DNA from: Octopus vulgaris
Lineage: Eukaryota
Direction: 5' to 3'
Assembly: GCA_951406725.2 (NCBI GenBank)
Contig: OX597814.1
Coordinates: 102,920,001 to 102,984,000 of the forward strand
DNA: 64,000 bases
Part shown: in pieces, positions 12,762 through 27,060 of the stretch
How positions within the stretch are numbered: position 1 is the stretch's first letter
How the letters are laid out: every line of letters starts with the position of its first letter
Made by a program: the position numbers and the translations under genes
Notes under the pieces: generated by a model
What the model saw: only the letters and a program-made list of their open reading frames with translations
Databases searched by the model: none
Told to the model about the DNA's origin: nothing

Positions 12762-13739
12762 TGTATATCAGAGGGATGGATAAACAGAGAGAGAGAGAGA
12801 AGGCATACTGCCAATTATCTAAATAAATCTGTAAATTCTGCTCTACATTGATACTTATGTTTTGTACTATAGGGCAACACTGAATGATGTAGTTCACTTC
12901 TCAGTCGTGTAGTCCTGGGTTCTTCTTTCTGGCACAGATTCCACTTCTGCCCAATTTCCCAGTTTTTTGCTCAGAGCACCTTTGTACTCTGCCTTTCAAA
13001 CACAATGTTGCATATGCATGCTTGTGTATGTATGTATCACCTTCATCATCATTATTTAACATCCATGTTTCATGCTGCCATGGGTTGGATGGCTTGGCAG
13101 GAACCAACGTGTCCAACGGCTGCATTGAGCTCCAAAGTTTGCTCTGGCATGGTTTCTATTGATGGATGCCCCCTTCCTAACACTAACCACTTCACAGCAT
13201 GAACTGGGTACTTTTTTTTGTGTCACCATACAGTTCACAGGACTACAAACCCAGGGTGGGGAGGTCACCTTCTTGATAGGGGTCAAGGGAATTACTATGA
13301 GAGGGATGGGTAAAGCAGGTTCTTGCAGTGGGTATGAAGAAAGAAAAAAGGTGAAGAGAAAATGATCAGTAGGAGCTGCAAAACCGGTAATGGTGATGAG
13401 GTGTCCACATGGCCCCATAAGGCACAAGCTGAGAAGTGAGTGAGTGGTTTGTAAGACTGTATGGAAAAGCGAAAGATGGGAGGGGAAGGATGCCAAAAAT
13501 GCGTAGGGTTCAAGGAAAGATGAGACAAGTTATGAACTGGGGATGATAGAGGGGTGCAGAAGAGTGTGGATAGCAAGTAGCCAGAGTTTGTTTAACGTCC
13601 AGACGATACAGTTGCAAGGGAAGGCAGAGTGACAAAAAAAGAGGCACATTTAGTGCATGAGAGAAGGGTGTTGCTGTAACAGGTGGAGAACCCAAAATAT
13701 AGCAGTTCTAGAACTTAGTTTTGCTGAGAAGGGCAAGTC

Positions 13740-15200
13740 TTATTGAGAACTTCATTTCACTAGAGATCCCAGTACTTTGTTGTTTCATCCATCAGGCTCA
13801 AAGTCCTGACATCAACTTTCAATTTGTTCCATGTCTTCCTGGGTCTTCTTCCACCTTCTACATTGAGATGGACTCCTTTATACAACTGTTGTCCTCATTC
13901 ACACATATCTAATGCTCAGTTTTTCACTAAGTGCCTTTGTACTCATTTTTTCATGCACATCCAACCGAACATGCTCACTTCATTTCTCTCCAGTCTTCTC
14001 ATGTCCTCTGTATTCAAGGTACATGTCTCACTACCATGCAGCACTGCAGTTCTAACACAAGTTTCATACAATTCACTCTTCACTCTTAGGGGAAAGATCT
14101 TTGTTGATAACAGTGGTAGGACTTCTCTGAACTTTCTCCAGTACAGTTCTAACTCAAAAAATTCGTATCTAGAAAGTTCGCCACAAACATTTTTGCCACA
14201 GGAAAAATTTGCCTCAGGACTTTTGGCTGTAAGAAATTTTGCCCCAAGACAAAAAATGAGTTGCCCCACCTTGGTATATAATTGTTTCAACCAAAATTTC
14301 TTAATTCATTCGACAATATTTTTTTGTATAGTCAACCCATTACAATGGTCTATCAAGTGGGAACTAGCAGAGGTGGTATGAAATTAGTTGATGATCTTAC
14401 CTTTGTTTATAGGATAGATGGGAAATGATAATTTATATGTAAGACATTCAGCAAGCATTGCCATCCTTCAAAACCAAAAGTTTGCATTGCAAAAATGAAA
14501 TTGAAATCACCAGCCACTAATTTACAAACTTCTGCACAGTCGTTAATTGCAGAAATTTTACCCATTTTAAACGATAATACAGTCACTGATGCCAACATCA
14601 TCGCATTTGTCTCGTAATATTAGAGGTCAGAGGCAAAAGAAAAGCCAAGCTCCTCTGACCCCAACTTGAAGAAATTTGTGTAAAATATTAAGACAATTGA
14701 CGAAAAATATCAACAATAAAATTCTAATTGATAAATTAAAATTTTTATTGAAACAAAACACACGGATGAATTGAATTTTGTGGCGTGAAGAATCAACACA
14801 TGTGTGGATGAAGTAAAACAAACACTTGTGGTTGTCGTGGTAACAAGCTGTTAATGCCTTGCTGTCTGTTGATTGGCTAAAATAACCCAAATTTTCCTAA
14901 CTTTAATTCGAAATGAAATCAGATTCTTTAAGTTACAATACACCAAAACTGAAAACAATCTGAGCAAAATTGGGGGGTTGGGGGGGCTGGTTTTCCAACT
15001 GAAATTAATTAGATCCAATTTCTTTACTTCCCCCCTTTTTTTGTTATTGGTAACAATCATGTACCAAGGGGAGCAACTCATGTTTTGTCTTGCGACAAAA
15101 CTTTCCTATGGCCAAAAATCCTGAGGCGAATTTTCCTAGAACCCTAAAACCTATATTTTCACAGCAACCACCTCCTTTGCTAATTACATCTCCAAGTTAA
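13740..15200 (-). mobile_element. RTE LINE fragment interrupted by a long-TIR DNA element (~14165-15144)
   Basis: RT residues RKFREVLPLL..YETCVRTAVLHGSET lie at 13950-14140 and continue at 15150-15200. The insert has ~130-bp imperfect inverted ends (ctagaaagttcgcc.../...ggcgaattttcctagaaccc). Confidence 0.6.
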
Positions 15201-15239
15201 CAAAGGCTCATTACTATTCTATATTTTGGGATGAGGAAT

Positions 15240-15840
15240 TATTTATAATGGACAGGTAGGTGTTATCACAACATTCCAGCTAATTACTCTCCAGTCTTCG
15301 TCAGGTGTTCTGGTGGAATTTCAAAGCCAATCCTTCACTTGACTAATGCGGTACACTGTTCTCATTCCTAAGCTATGTTGCTGATATTATTTTTCAAGAT
15401 TGAACTTAGAGAGTTAGTAACCTGCACTCTTAACCACTACGCTATATGCCCATGGGCAATTGTAGAGTGAATTTTTTAGGGCTTATAAACCTACTATTTT
15501 ATCTTTTCTCAATACTGGTTCCCATATTACATTTATAGCTGCACTAGGTCTGCTCAGGAGGTTATTGGTAAATTCCATTGTCTCGACCACGGTTGAACAA
15601 TGAGGATGATGATGTGTCCTAATATATGCGCAGCCTCTTTTAATTTTCACATTTTCCAGTGGTCTTCTGTCGATTATTTTAACTTCATCACACAGCGGGA
15701 AGTAGTCTCTGTTTTTCCATACATGATCAGAAGAGAATATGACCAAGAACTGCATGTACTCTATCCCATACAGTTGAGGTAGGCTATACAAAGGCGAAAC
15801 ATGCTGCTCCCTTAAAGTAAGGGTAGAGGAACATTGTAAA
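15240..15840. mobile_element. Penelope-like element remnant (GIY-YIG endonuclease, internally inverted) with tRNA-like head and degenerate hammerhead
   Basis: The + strand at 15730-15840 reads CMYSIPYS*GRLYKGETCCSLKVRVEEH. The - strand at 15730-15490 reads DHVWK..DEVKIIDR..KLKEAAHI..LLSRPSAAINVIWEPVL. Confidence 0.75.
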
Positions 15841-16021
15841 GTGGATAAGTGGAAAGCAGACATTAAATGACGATATGCAAAAATTGTTTTATACATAAAA
15901 AAATAACTTAAAGGTTGATGAAAGATACAAAATATGACATTAAATGCAAGATATACATACACATACGCACGCACACACACCTACCCATGTATGGCATGAC
16001 ATGCGCACACACCCTCTACAC

Positions 16022-18200
16022 CAGTGTTTCCCAAACTTTTTGTACCGAATTAAAATATCACCCACCTATCAGCCAAAAAATGCCCCATCACCCACCTGTG
16101 TAAAAAAATACCCTGGCACAACTCTCCCCCAGCACTAAATCCCCTAGGAGAGACCCCCCCCCTTGTATCATTTGACATAACACTATATCGTAGACTTGTT
16201 GCTTTGTTCATGCTGTTTGGAATTAATGTGTGGTTGTTTACAAATCCCTTATTGTGGATTTAGTTTTGCCATTAGTGTGAATAAAATTCTAACGTTGACT
16301 GTGTTATGCAGACAGATTAACTTTGGTAGGATTGCACTTTCTTTTACACTGATTTTTATTTTCCCCCAAATGAACCTTTGAGCAGAACTACTGATGCAAG
16401 AAGGATTAATGATTGCATTATAAAGGAAAAGAATACAACTTTTTAATGAGAACCATGTGTCTAGTGCGATGCAGCGAGTGCAGATACATTCGGTTTCAAA
16501 CTTGTCAACTTTAGCCGCAAATCTCCTCGTTACATCCAGTCCAATTCTTTTATGGGAAAGTAAAGTTCCAACATGGCTAAAACCAGATTCAACCAGGTAC
16601 GAGGTTGGGAAGGCAAGCAAAGGTAATTTCAGACATTTCGACAGATTGGGGTAAGGATTCAATATACTCTGATGGTACCACAAACCTTCTTTGCCATTAC
16701 GGCGACATCGCATTCTGGCATCATTGTCATTTTGTAATTATATCGATTCCTCCTGAACATTGTCCTCGCAACTGACTGCATCGACCTCAAACGGATTGCT
16801 ATACCAATTTGGAATATAAAGCACAATAACATCTTGAAATCACTCCACCATGTTATCGTGCAATGATTGTAAATAGTTGCGATATGTAGTTAAATCCTCA
16901 TCAACCGATTCATCTTTCAAAGAATCAAGTTGTGGAAATTGATGGAATTGACGTTTTGAAATGCTAGTCTTATACAGCACCAATTTCGAAATGAAGGTAG
17001 TGATAAATGATTTACAATCAACGAGAGTTTTTTCTGTTTTCTTGCAATAACTTATTCAAATCATTTAATTTTGTGAAAATATCACAAAGAAAAAAAGATG
17101 TCGCACCTTGCAGCCATCAATGAAGCAGAGAGTGGAGCATCTTCAAAGAAAGATATGATTATATGAAACAGTTCAACAAAGTTTCATTTTTGACTTTGGT
17201 ATGGGACTTCAATTTGTTCAGTCTTGAAAACTAACTGCAGCACACCATTCAGTCTACTATTCATATTTTTACCACTAAATGCTTCTGGTGTGCCTGGTGA
17301 GAAATTTCACTCTTTAGGAGAGATGAAAAACCTCTGTCATCGAAGGGGCTCCATCAGACGCACAGGCAGAAATATTATTGGGTGGGATCAAGCGGCAATT
17401 TCTCGGAATAGCATTTCCTCACAAGGTTGAAGGTCTTCGCTGAAATGCCGAACATATACCATCATCAAACATTGATGTCCACAACAGTTGGCTCATCCAC
17501 TTGTATAGAGAATTCAGAATGCTGGAGAAATATATTAATGAGCTGATGTTTGATCTTGTTGGCCATTTCATTGATGCATCAAGAAATTGTGTTATTACTA
17601 AGTGGGATCTTCTTCGTAATGTTATGGGGTTTTTCATGCATAACTTGAGAAAACCTCTTCAATAACTGGGTGAAATAATGCTTCTCCACTTACGTGAGAC
17701 TCCCCAAACTAAGCAACCAGCAATGTTGTACGATGCAATCAACCCATCATTCTCCTGTTTCCTAGAGTAGTGTGTTGAATGTTTGTGTTTGCTTTTTAAA
17801 AGAGGTGCTCAATTGCAAAATGTATGACAATGGGTTGTCCTTCTTGTGAGAATGCTTTGCATCAAAGTAATACTTTAAGCATGAAAGTTTCATTGCTTCG
17901 TTAGTCAATGTTTGATGGCAAAGAAGGCACATTGGTAACTGACAGTGCTGAGAAGAGGGAATGAATCCAAACAATAGATAATCACTACTGTACTCTCGAA
18001 AAATTTCCTTGACTGGAGACGTCAGTAAAGTGAAAATGTGAAAACGAATTTCCACAGATGGCATCAGCAAGGCAGTATGGTATTCCCGAAGAGAAGAAGT
18101 CGACAGAGCAGAGTCAGATGACACATCTTTACTGGAGCAAATATGGATCGAGTTCGTTTGGCTACCAGCATTTCAAAAAGTAAGTTTATCGAAAATTTTA
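16022..18200 (-). mobile_element. Decayed hAT (Charlie/Buster, ZBED8/SCAND3-like) transposon
   Basis: TIR cagtgtttcccaaac at 16022 follows ctctacac. BED-like N-terminus REYSSDYLLFGFIP..PMCLLCHQTLTNEAMK; dimerisation C-terminus YPNL...AFPTSYLVESGFS. The second TIR was not found. Confidence 0.85.
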
Positions 18201-19239
18201 GAATTTGGCTCATTAATATACCTTGCCAAGCTAAATTGCTGGAGTTATTCAACTTTTTCCAGAAAAATGTTTCTAAAAAGTTAAAGAAGTCTTGAAGTTT
18301 GATCATTTGCACCCAGTCAAAAAACACAATTTCAAAGCTGTCACTTTGTGCATGACTACACATCTTGTCAACATCCTGAAAATAGCACTTGTCTTTTGAT
18401 ATGAAACTGTAGAACTATGCACGACATATAACCCCTCATGACTTTTTATTATTTGGAGTTTTCAGAAAATGTTTGTAAATTTGTATTCTACACGTGGTAC
18501 TTCATACAATTATGCAACAAAAAAAAAAAATTACAGCGTAGTGTGATTTAAGGCCTAGGGGTGTTTGGCTGCTATTTTTAGCTCACATGACAACCATGAC
18601 AGTGCGACAAAAATATTCAGTCGATAAACAAGTCTGCTTTTTTAATACAAAGAGATGTCTCATGCAAGTAGCCAAATCGATAAAAGTGTATCCTTATTCT
18701 AGGCAGGCCTAGATATAAGTAAATGCAGGCTTAATTTCTAAAATTTTTTGTCACCCACCTGTATGTTTGGACTTCCTTCAACTTTTTTTTGTTTTGTTAT
18801 ATTTTGATATAATCTTATGTGCTCTTATATATTTTTCATTTTTGTGTTGATGGTGTGAACTCCTGCTGCGTGGTTGTACTCGTATATATATACATATATA
18901 TATTCACATTTCTTACCTTTTAAAGCTCTTACTTTTAATATCATGTTTCTTATCCTCCATCTATCTTTAAGTGCGTTTATATATATAAAAACATTTTTTT
19001 ATTTTTCTATTAATTTTTTATTTTAATTACTTAAAACTTCATAATGTGTTTGTTTATTTTTAGAATTACAGAATCCATATGTGAGAGGCAGGGTCTGGTT
19101 GATTTGAACGTAAAACTGGCAGAATATTTAAGTTTATTTTTTGGAAAATGTCACATTCGAATTCAGTTTATAACAACACTTTAATAATACATATAAAGCT
19201 AAGTAGTTGTGTGTACAATGAGGATAGCCTCAGGCATAC

Positions 19240-21000
19240 AGGAAAGGTATTTGCCAGCTTGGACCAACATCAATATGCTCCTAGGAAACTTCAACTTCCC
19301 AAATGTTAAATAGCCTGAAGGCCACGTCCTCTCTTGGATGTCACTGCATGAAAAAATCAAGTAGAACTTGAACTTTCTAATATGCTATTCCTGGAACAGG
19401 TTATATATGCCAGCCAACCAAGAGGAGCAACATCTTGGGTCTTAGTTTCCCAAGTAATATAGACCTTATTTATAATGTGAAGATGACACCAACAGCTTTC
19501 TCAAACTACAACATTGTAAAACTAACACTGATCCTAGGTGAGCTGCTGGCATCTCCTCTGTAAGATAAGAAGTACTCAAAGCCATATCCAACTTGGATTT
19601 CCATAAAGCAAACCGGAAATCAATTTGCAAAGAGATCCACAGCAAAACAGGCCCAACAGTCTATGTAAGACAATGACTTAAAACTCAGTTTATGTCAATG
19701 AGCCAGCTATATCCACTAAACATGAAAGGCCAACATAACCAAAAATTAAGACTAACAAAGGTCTCAAACTGATTGTGTAGGCAACTGAAGGATAGTGAAA
19801 AGTTTAACTTAAGATGGACATTCCTGGAAACTGAAAGCAGACTCAAACTTTCTCATGAAAAGGAAAGAGTCGAGAGAGAGAACAGAGTTGTTAAAAGTAT
19901 AAGAACAAACTCTGAAGCTTTCTATAAATTTGCAAAGGAAACAGCCGTAGTACAGTACAAAATAGGACCCCAAAAGGATAAGTGACGTACTCAGTGAACA
20001 ATTTGAAAGTGTCTTCACTCCACCCCTGGGACACATGTAAATAAACAAACCTGGTTGAATTCTTTGACATTACAGAGGAAGGCATATCAGCAAAACCATG
20101 GAACAAATCATCATCAGAAAGAAACTGCTAATGTTTCAAGAAGGAAATGACTTGTTGAATGATGCTCGGCCTAGTTTCAGTCAGGAAGAAGCTGCCCCTC
20201 ACACACAGCCCTAATAGCGCATATGACTGGGTTTTGAAGCAGCTGCTCAATCATTTAAATGTTGACTTTGCCAAAATAACCTTTGACAACGTAGATCATG
20301 GCATATGTCACAAGCTGAGAGCTTGGCACAGATGGTGACCAAGGAGAGTGGTTACATGATAGTTGGGCAGTTGCAATTGATGGTACCCTCTCTGGGGCCA
20401 CTCGGGGAACTGTCTTAGGACCATTACTGTTTATAGTTGCTCTTTTAGACATGCCTATGGACATTTAGACAGGTAGTACCACTAACTACACTGATGACAC
20501 AGAATTATTAGCAAATAAAGAACCCTTACAGTGTGACAAGCTTGCAGCTGCATCTGAATGCAATCATATGTGGACAGAACAAAACATGCAACTTAATGCT
20601 GGAAAATTTCAAGCAGTGCTATCAGCACACAAATGCACCATAACCTACATGTATAGGACCTGGAGGTACTGCACTCCCAGAGTCACACACAGCATATGTA
20701 ATGACGCATCATTTCATGTGCACATTACCAAGATGGATTCTAAGGATCAAGAAGTCATGTTGACCCTGTGGTCACTGCGCAATGTGAAACTAAGTGTACA
20801 GCTTCAAACAATCCAATGTTACTACACTAAAAGGTACTGACCACTCCATCTAATATCAGCTTGGGATTCACAAATTTTCAGTCCTCTGCCAGAAAAATTA
20901 AGAAACTTACCCAATGTTTCTTCAAAAGGACTGAAGAACATTCTCCTACCCACAATATCAGATGAACCAACATCGCAGCATGAAATATGTGCATAGCTTT
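19240..21000 (+). mobile_element. Heavily decayed CR1-group LINE (EN+RT)
   Basis: Remnants of LLGNFNFP, NSEAFYKFAK, VDFAK..FD.VDHG, GTVLGPLLFIVALLDMP and YTDD across frameshifts. Confidence 0.7.
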
Positions 21001-22642
21001 GACTGGTTCCAGTCATTGGTTTGCAGCCATGTTGGGGCACCACTTCAAAGGGTCAAATAAATCAACCCCAGTAATTATTTTTAAAGCCTGGTATTTATTA
21101 TATCAATGTCTTGTGTCATCCTGTTAAATTACAGGGATATAAACAAACTAACAGCAGTTGTCAAGTGGTGGTAGAGGACACAAACACACAAAATGGGCTT
21201 CTTGCAGGTTCTATCTGCCAAATCCACTCACAACGCTTTGGTCAGCCCATGGCTATAATAGACGATACTTGCCCAAGGTGTCATGCAGTGGGACTAAACA
21301 CAGAGCCAGGTGATTGAAAAGCAAATGTATATACACGAAGGAAAATTTCTGGACTGGATTTTAAACATTTCCCACTATAACATTAAATTGGTTTTTCAGA
21401 GTAGTTTTTATTTTTTAATGAAACCTTGCCCCAATCTAACATTGAAGGGATGTTTGCAGCATTTTGGTTTACAGGAGACTTGCAGCAGTTTTCTTGAATC
21501 CTCAGCAGATCATTATTTTGTTTACAATGTAAGTGAAAATACACACCTAAGACTACTGAAGCTCTGATAACTGCTGCATGTCTGAAAATACTGCTGAATT
21601 AACCAACACACACACACAAGTTGCTGGATCACAGATCTATAGTGTCCTCCCTCCCTCTCTGCTGCCTGTTCCTACAACTGCTGCTACCTCTAACCTGACA
21701 CATTTTCCTTGCTAACAATTATTTTTAGTGGTTCACTTTTAAACATAGGAATTGCTAAATTAGATGTAAAGTGCAAATGCCTTTGTAATTAGATTGCTAT
21801 TGTAAGAATTATGATTACAAGCCTGTTTCTACCTGTTCTATTAAGACATGGTCAATATCTTCATTTTGAACACAATTCAGTACATTCTACATGGCTGGGC
21901 AAAAGTGAATTATTCAATAGAACAAAATAGAAATACTTCTTTATTATCAGCATATTTCACCAAAGGTTTATTGAAATGATAATCTCAGTGCAGCTTTTGT
22001 AAGTACAGAATATGTCCCCACTTTTTCTTTCTTTTTTAAGTCACAAACTTCCTGAAAATGATGGCAGATGAAAGATTTCATTGTGGAGCAAGAAATAGAA
22101 ACTAAATCCGGAATCATTGTTATTTTGACAGCTGCTTTTCCATGCTTGCATTGTTTGGTTTATATATACAGTATTTGTATATCGAAATCAAAATACTGAG
22201 CAAATAAATTAGACACACACAGAAATAGAGTTTGATTAGTAAAGACAGGAGAAACAGACTGAAGTAGAGACATTACAGCGCTGCTTTAACAAATTTTTCT
22301 TGAGAAATCTTCCTTTGATGGGTGAAACAGTTTCGGTCCTCTATGGGGATTCATCCATTCCATGTTGCTGAAACCCTAAGTTACAATATATTTTATCCTC
22401 CAAATATTTATTGACATGCTTCAGAAATATTTTGGTTCTTTCAGCCTCAAAATTTGCTCTTACAATAATTATCAAACCTTGAGCAATGGTCAAAGGAAAT
22501 GAAAGTGAAATACACCCAGCAGTGTTGGTAAATTTATATCTGGAATGTCTTCTCAATACTGGAAACGTTTGTTCCTTATTCTAATGTCCCTGGTGGAATA
22601 CCAAAAATTACTCAAATTCACAAAGAGAATAGTAACCAGACT

Positions 22643-23188
22643 TCAAAAATTTCTCTCTCCGAACCCTAAAGGAAGGAGATAGTTACGTCGTAATTCAGAT
22701 GTTGGTAACTTATTATATGTGACTGTATCTTTCTGGTTAAAGTTAAAATGACTTTTGTGGAAATAAGCAGTTGTTGTCAACACTTCTGCTTCGTGGTCTT
22801 TGTAGGCAGCTATGAAATTAGTGGAGAATTCTTCATGGCGAATTGTTAGTTTGTTAGTAACCCACTCACGTTTTACATCAGATACAAGCAAGGTATGCCG
22901 TGATGTTCGAGTCTTTTTCATCAACTGCTTGGCTGTGTCCAGAACTTTACTGAAACGATCTGGTCCTTTCTCTGGTGTCAACAGAGTAACATTAAAACCA
23001 GTTCCTTTATTCCTTATCATTAGTAAATATATGCTGAACAGGCGTTCTGGGTCAATCTGTGGTGTCACAATATAAACAGTGGCACCAACTCCAAACCAAT
23101 CATCCAGCAGACATTTCCAAAGTTGTAAGATAAAATCATGACTCATGATGCCACCACCTTCTGGAATCATATCAATGAATTCTTGAAC
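22643..23188 (-). CDS. Terminal coding exon of an uncharacterised ~314-aa protein (degenerate PLD-like domain)
   Basis: Acceptor ccattttag|GTTCAAGAA is in frame (phase 0) with ORF 22643-23170; 181 codons of non-repetitive, protein-like sequence. Confidence 0.85.
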   Translation of the reverse strand, partial: VQEFIDMIPEGGGIMSHDFILQLWKCLLDDWFGVGATVYIVTPQIDPERLFSIYLLMIRNKGTGFNVTLLTPEKGPDRFSKVLDTAKQLMKKTRTSRHTLLVSDVKREWVTNKLTIRHEEFSTNFIAAYKDHEAEVLTTTAYFHKSHFNFNQKDTVTYNKLPTSELRRNYLLPLGFGERNF

Positions 23189-23959
23189 CTAAAATGGACA
23201 AAACAAGAGAAAATAAGATCAGTTACAAGTTTTGTTAATAATCTCAAAAGTCAATGATCCAAATATACTTAAAATTTCTCTCACTGATTTTGATCATATT
23301 CTAAAAGACTAAAATTTGTTTTATCTGCAAATTCTGTTATCAATGTTTTTGGTTTTACAGTTATTTCACACAATTTGCTGGAAGGAAAAGTTACTATAGA
23401 CTTTAGACAGGTTTTAAAATAATCTCTAGCTAGGATTTGCATACTCCATGCGATTACACATTAAATTCACTTTAGATATCTCATAACTGCAATCACTAGT
23501 AAAATTTCTTGGTCATGGCTTGGCTTCGTGAATGAAGATTAGGAAGGTTGTCCACGTTGTCTGCAGGCATGCTCATGACTGACAAATATATTCCATAACA
23601 CTTGAAGATGGAGTATGTCACATCGTCACAGAACAGACTGAACTATCAACCAAAGCCAGTTATAAGTTACTGTTGTTGAGTGTAACTCCACTCTATTCTC
23701 TTTCTTTAAAGCAAACAATATTTCATCTGGAGTTTCAGTTAATTCTCTACAAAAACCCCACCCCACCCCACCAAGGAGTAATATTTCTATATTTGAAAAT
23801 ACTCTGGTGTTTAGTAATGTGGGCATTCAGAAGAAAACTGTTTTGTTGTACGGTCTAGATGTTGTTGTGTCCTGTCTTTTATTTTAAGACACTGTTTGTT
23901 AACTGTGATATTGTCAATGTATCTGGAGACAAAGAAGAAGATATCAACAGATACCATGG

Positions 23960-24345
23960 TTTGGGTGATATGACATGGTTTGCGAAGACCTTTGACTGAT
24001 GCCAGTGTCGTGTAACTGGCACCCATGCCGGTGGTATGTAAAAAGCACACTTTGAACGTTGGGCCGCACAGAGGGAGTGACAAGTAACTGAGGCCTTCGG
24101 CAATATACTGTTCTTGAGGAGACCTTTCATGCCAAGTGAGATCATAGTTGTAGCTGATGCTGGTGTTACATAACTGACACCCATGCCAGTGGCACATACA
24201 CTCTTGGAGTGGTTGGCATTAGGAAGAGCATCCAACCATAGAAACCACGTGAAATCAAATTGGAACCTGGTACAGTTCCCCAGCTGCCAGTCAAACCATC
24301 CAAGTCATGCCAGCATGGGAAACAGATGTTAAATGATGATGATCT
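23960..24345 (+). mobile_element. RTE-type 3' tail copy
   Basis: atgccggtggtatgtaaaaagcac...ggttggcattaggaagagcatcc...gttaaatgatgatgat. Confidence 0.8.
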
Positions 24346-24559
24346 GGACTGTATTAGGTGTTCAAAGATGAAGTGAGCTTGACCGTTTCCCTGATGTTAC
24401 CAGAGTCCTGTCATCTTTCCCACTTATCAAAAGAACCACAATATTAAATGAGAAAAGTATATCAAAGAATGAAGGATGGGTCAGACAGCTTCTTAGGAAT
24501 AAAATATGAAAAGATTAGATATTATCATTAAAATAATCCTTGGTACCTCAAAATTAAAT

Positions 24560-24780
24560 ATTGGTTTCAAATTTTGGCACAAGACCAGGAAGTTTGGGGG
24601 AGGGGAAACAATTACATCACCCATCCAGTGTTCAACTGGTACTTATTTCATTAACCTCAAACAGATGAAAGACAAAGTCAACTTTGGTGGCATTTGAACT
24701 CACAATGTAAAGATGGGTGAAATGCTGCTAAGCAGGTTGCCCCGTGCGCTAACAGTTCTGCCAGTTTGGTGCTTTACCTC
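24560..24780 (-). mobile_element. tRNA-related SINE (family beginning aaggcggtgagctggcagaa)
   Basis: Same family as 35678-35830 (+) and 48710-48830 (+): ctggcagaactgttagc...gagttcaaat...ctttcatc...taagtaccag. Confidence 0.7.
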
Positions 24781-27060
24781 AGAATCAAATATTAGAGAAA
24801 TATAAACCTTTCTAAGAGGCTTAAAAATTAAAAGATTATAAATAGGATTTTAAATAAATTGGGAAATAAAAATATATTTAAGTAATCAAAATTTTAAAAA
24901 TTAGAATATAAAAATTCTGTAAATGTAAATTACATCACCTTCAAACCAACAAATACTCAACAATAAACATCTTTAACAACCTTCTGTTTATAAGTTGAAA
25001 CTCACCTAAACAATTTTAACCCCAGAAAAATAGCTGACTGGAGATAGCCAAGCCTTTGATATTGGTTTTGTTTGATATTTTGGTATTAAAAAAACTAAGT
25101 TGGTAGAAGTATTCCCACTGCGGTACATATATGTGCATTGTTTGATGGCAGTCAAGGGTTTCTTTATTTTTTGTTAAGAAGTTTGTAATGCAAGAGGCAC
25201 GGCCATTGAGGATCAGTAAACTCCTAGGAAGAAATTTACCAATTTTGGATACTTCAATGGCATTATTTAAGGATTGCAGTGACAGTAGGCAGTTGGTACA
25301 AAGTCATTTACAGTGCCAACTCCGAGAACTGGGGAGATATGGGAGGTAACAGACGTCATAATAGTTGTTCTGGCTTTTAACCTTCTGTCATTCAAATATG
25401 TTAGAGTTAAGGTTATTGCCTCTACTAGGGGGTGGGGTGGAAGTAGGGAAGCAGTGTATATGAAAGTGTTTGCAGGTGGGGGGGGGGGCGTAAAAAAAGC
25501 ATTATGAGCATTGTGGGTGTAAGCATTACTGATGCTGCAGATATAAATATTAAAAAAAAGAGAGAGGGGTAAGTGGGCTGCTATCTGGTTTAGTTAGTCC
25601 AGAGATGGGGGAGAGGGTGGCAAGATTACCAATATGAGAGGGGGAAGGGCAACTGGATGTCCTGGTAAGAGAAAGAGATTTCCAGTATTGGTGGGAAAGG
25701 GTGGGTGCAACCATAGACATGAAAAAGCCATTTTAAGGGGTAGAGCAAACAAGAAAGAATTATTTTAGAGTATGAAATTATTTAGAGTATGAAATATGTA
25801 TTTACATGTAGCCAAGAAACAAAGTTACTCATAGCAGCGGCAGACCAAACAAAAATTATTTTAGAGAATAGATGAGTTTGAATGAATGAGGCAGTTAAAA
25901 ACCAGAGAAATTCTGAGCTGTGCATATTTTCGAGTGTCTTAGTGCTATGAGTGAGACCAGAGGTCAAACGTGTCATGACATTATAATGAGAGGACAATAT
26001 ATCGTACAATATTAAAACAACAATAATAGTGTTTTTATGGCAGGGTAGCTTTAACTGTAACACTATAAGAGTCATGACCATCACTACATATTGTTAAGAG
26101 CTTCTCTTTAATGAGATAGAATTTGTCTTCAGGCCTGCAGTACATGTAGTATTGGAAATGATGAAATCATTTATTCAAACTAACCAAGTTAATCTGTTCA
26201 CATCTTTGCCTCATTCCTTTAAAATCAGGAGTGAAACAGTTATAAACCTATGGGAATATAATTGGATTTAGAGATTTCAGATTCGATTCTGTCGATTCTG
26301 ATTGGATCGTTTTGGATATCGAGCAATTGTTTTACAGCTGGTCTTGAACTTTGTGAAGTAAAAATTCTATTTTCGCTGAAATTTTTGGAACTAAGAACTG
26401 TGTGTCATATTTAAAGGAATAAAAAAAAGTTATCCAGTACTCTGTGTGTGTGTGTTTTTTTTTTGTTGGTATTTTTTTTGTTTCACAAAAGATTGAGTTA
26501 AGTGTTGACTAATTTTGTTAAAGCACACTTAATGAGATGGAAACAGAAGACACTTTAACTGTTTCCAACACTAAATTTTCAGTGGGGGTGGGCATAACGT
26601 GTTCGCAAGATGGATGCTGTTTTTAACACTTCCATAGCAAGAGGAATAGCAGAAAGTAAGTCGTTTGCCAATATTCTAGTGTGAGGTGAGAAATGTGTTC
26701 AAATGGATAATGATAGGCTTGCATTTAGTGACTCGGAGAAGAAAGACGCATGGAAGTGACACTCTGAAAGGTTATTAAATGGGGGGAGGGGAGTCTTGCA
26801 AATATCAAACCAATTGAGGGACCAGCCATCAGAGTTGATAGCAGTATAATACGGCAATTAAGGACATGATGACTGAGAAAGCCCCCGGACTATCAGATAT
26901 CACTGCCAAGGTGATTAAAATATCATGCACAATGAGATACAGCTTATTCACTCACATAGTTAATCAGGTTATATATATAATGCATATAATATATATATAT
27001 GTAATGTGTATGTGTGTATATATAAGAATCTATTATGTATATATATAATGTGTATATAAT

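Noticed and set aside
16249-18124. Domesticated ZBED8/SCAND3-like gene
   Set aside because: Multiple stops, frameshifts and insertions; a TIR is present.
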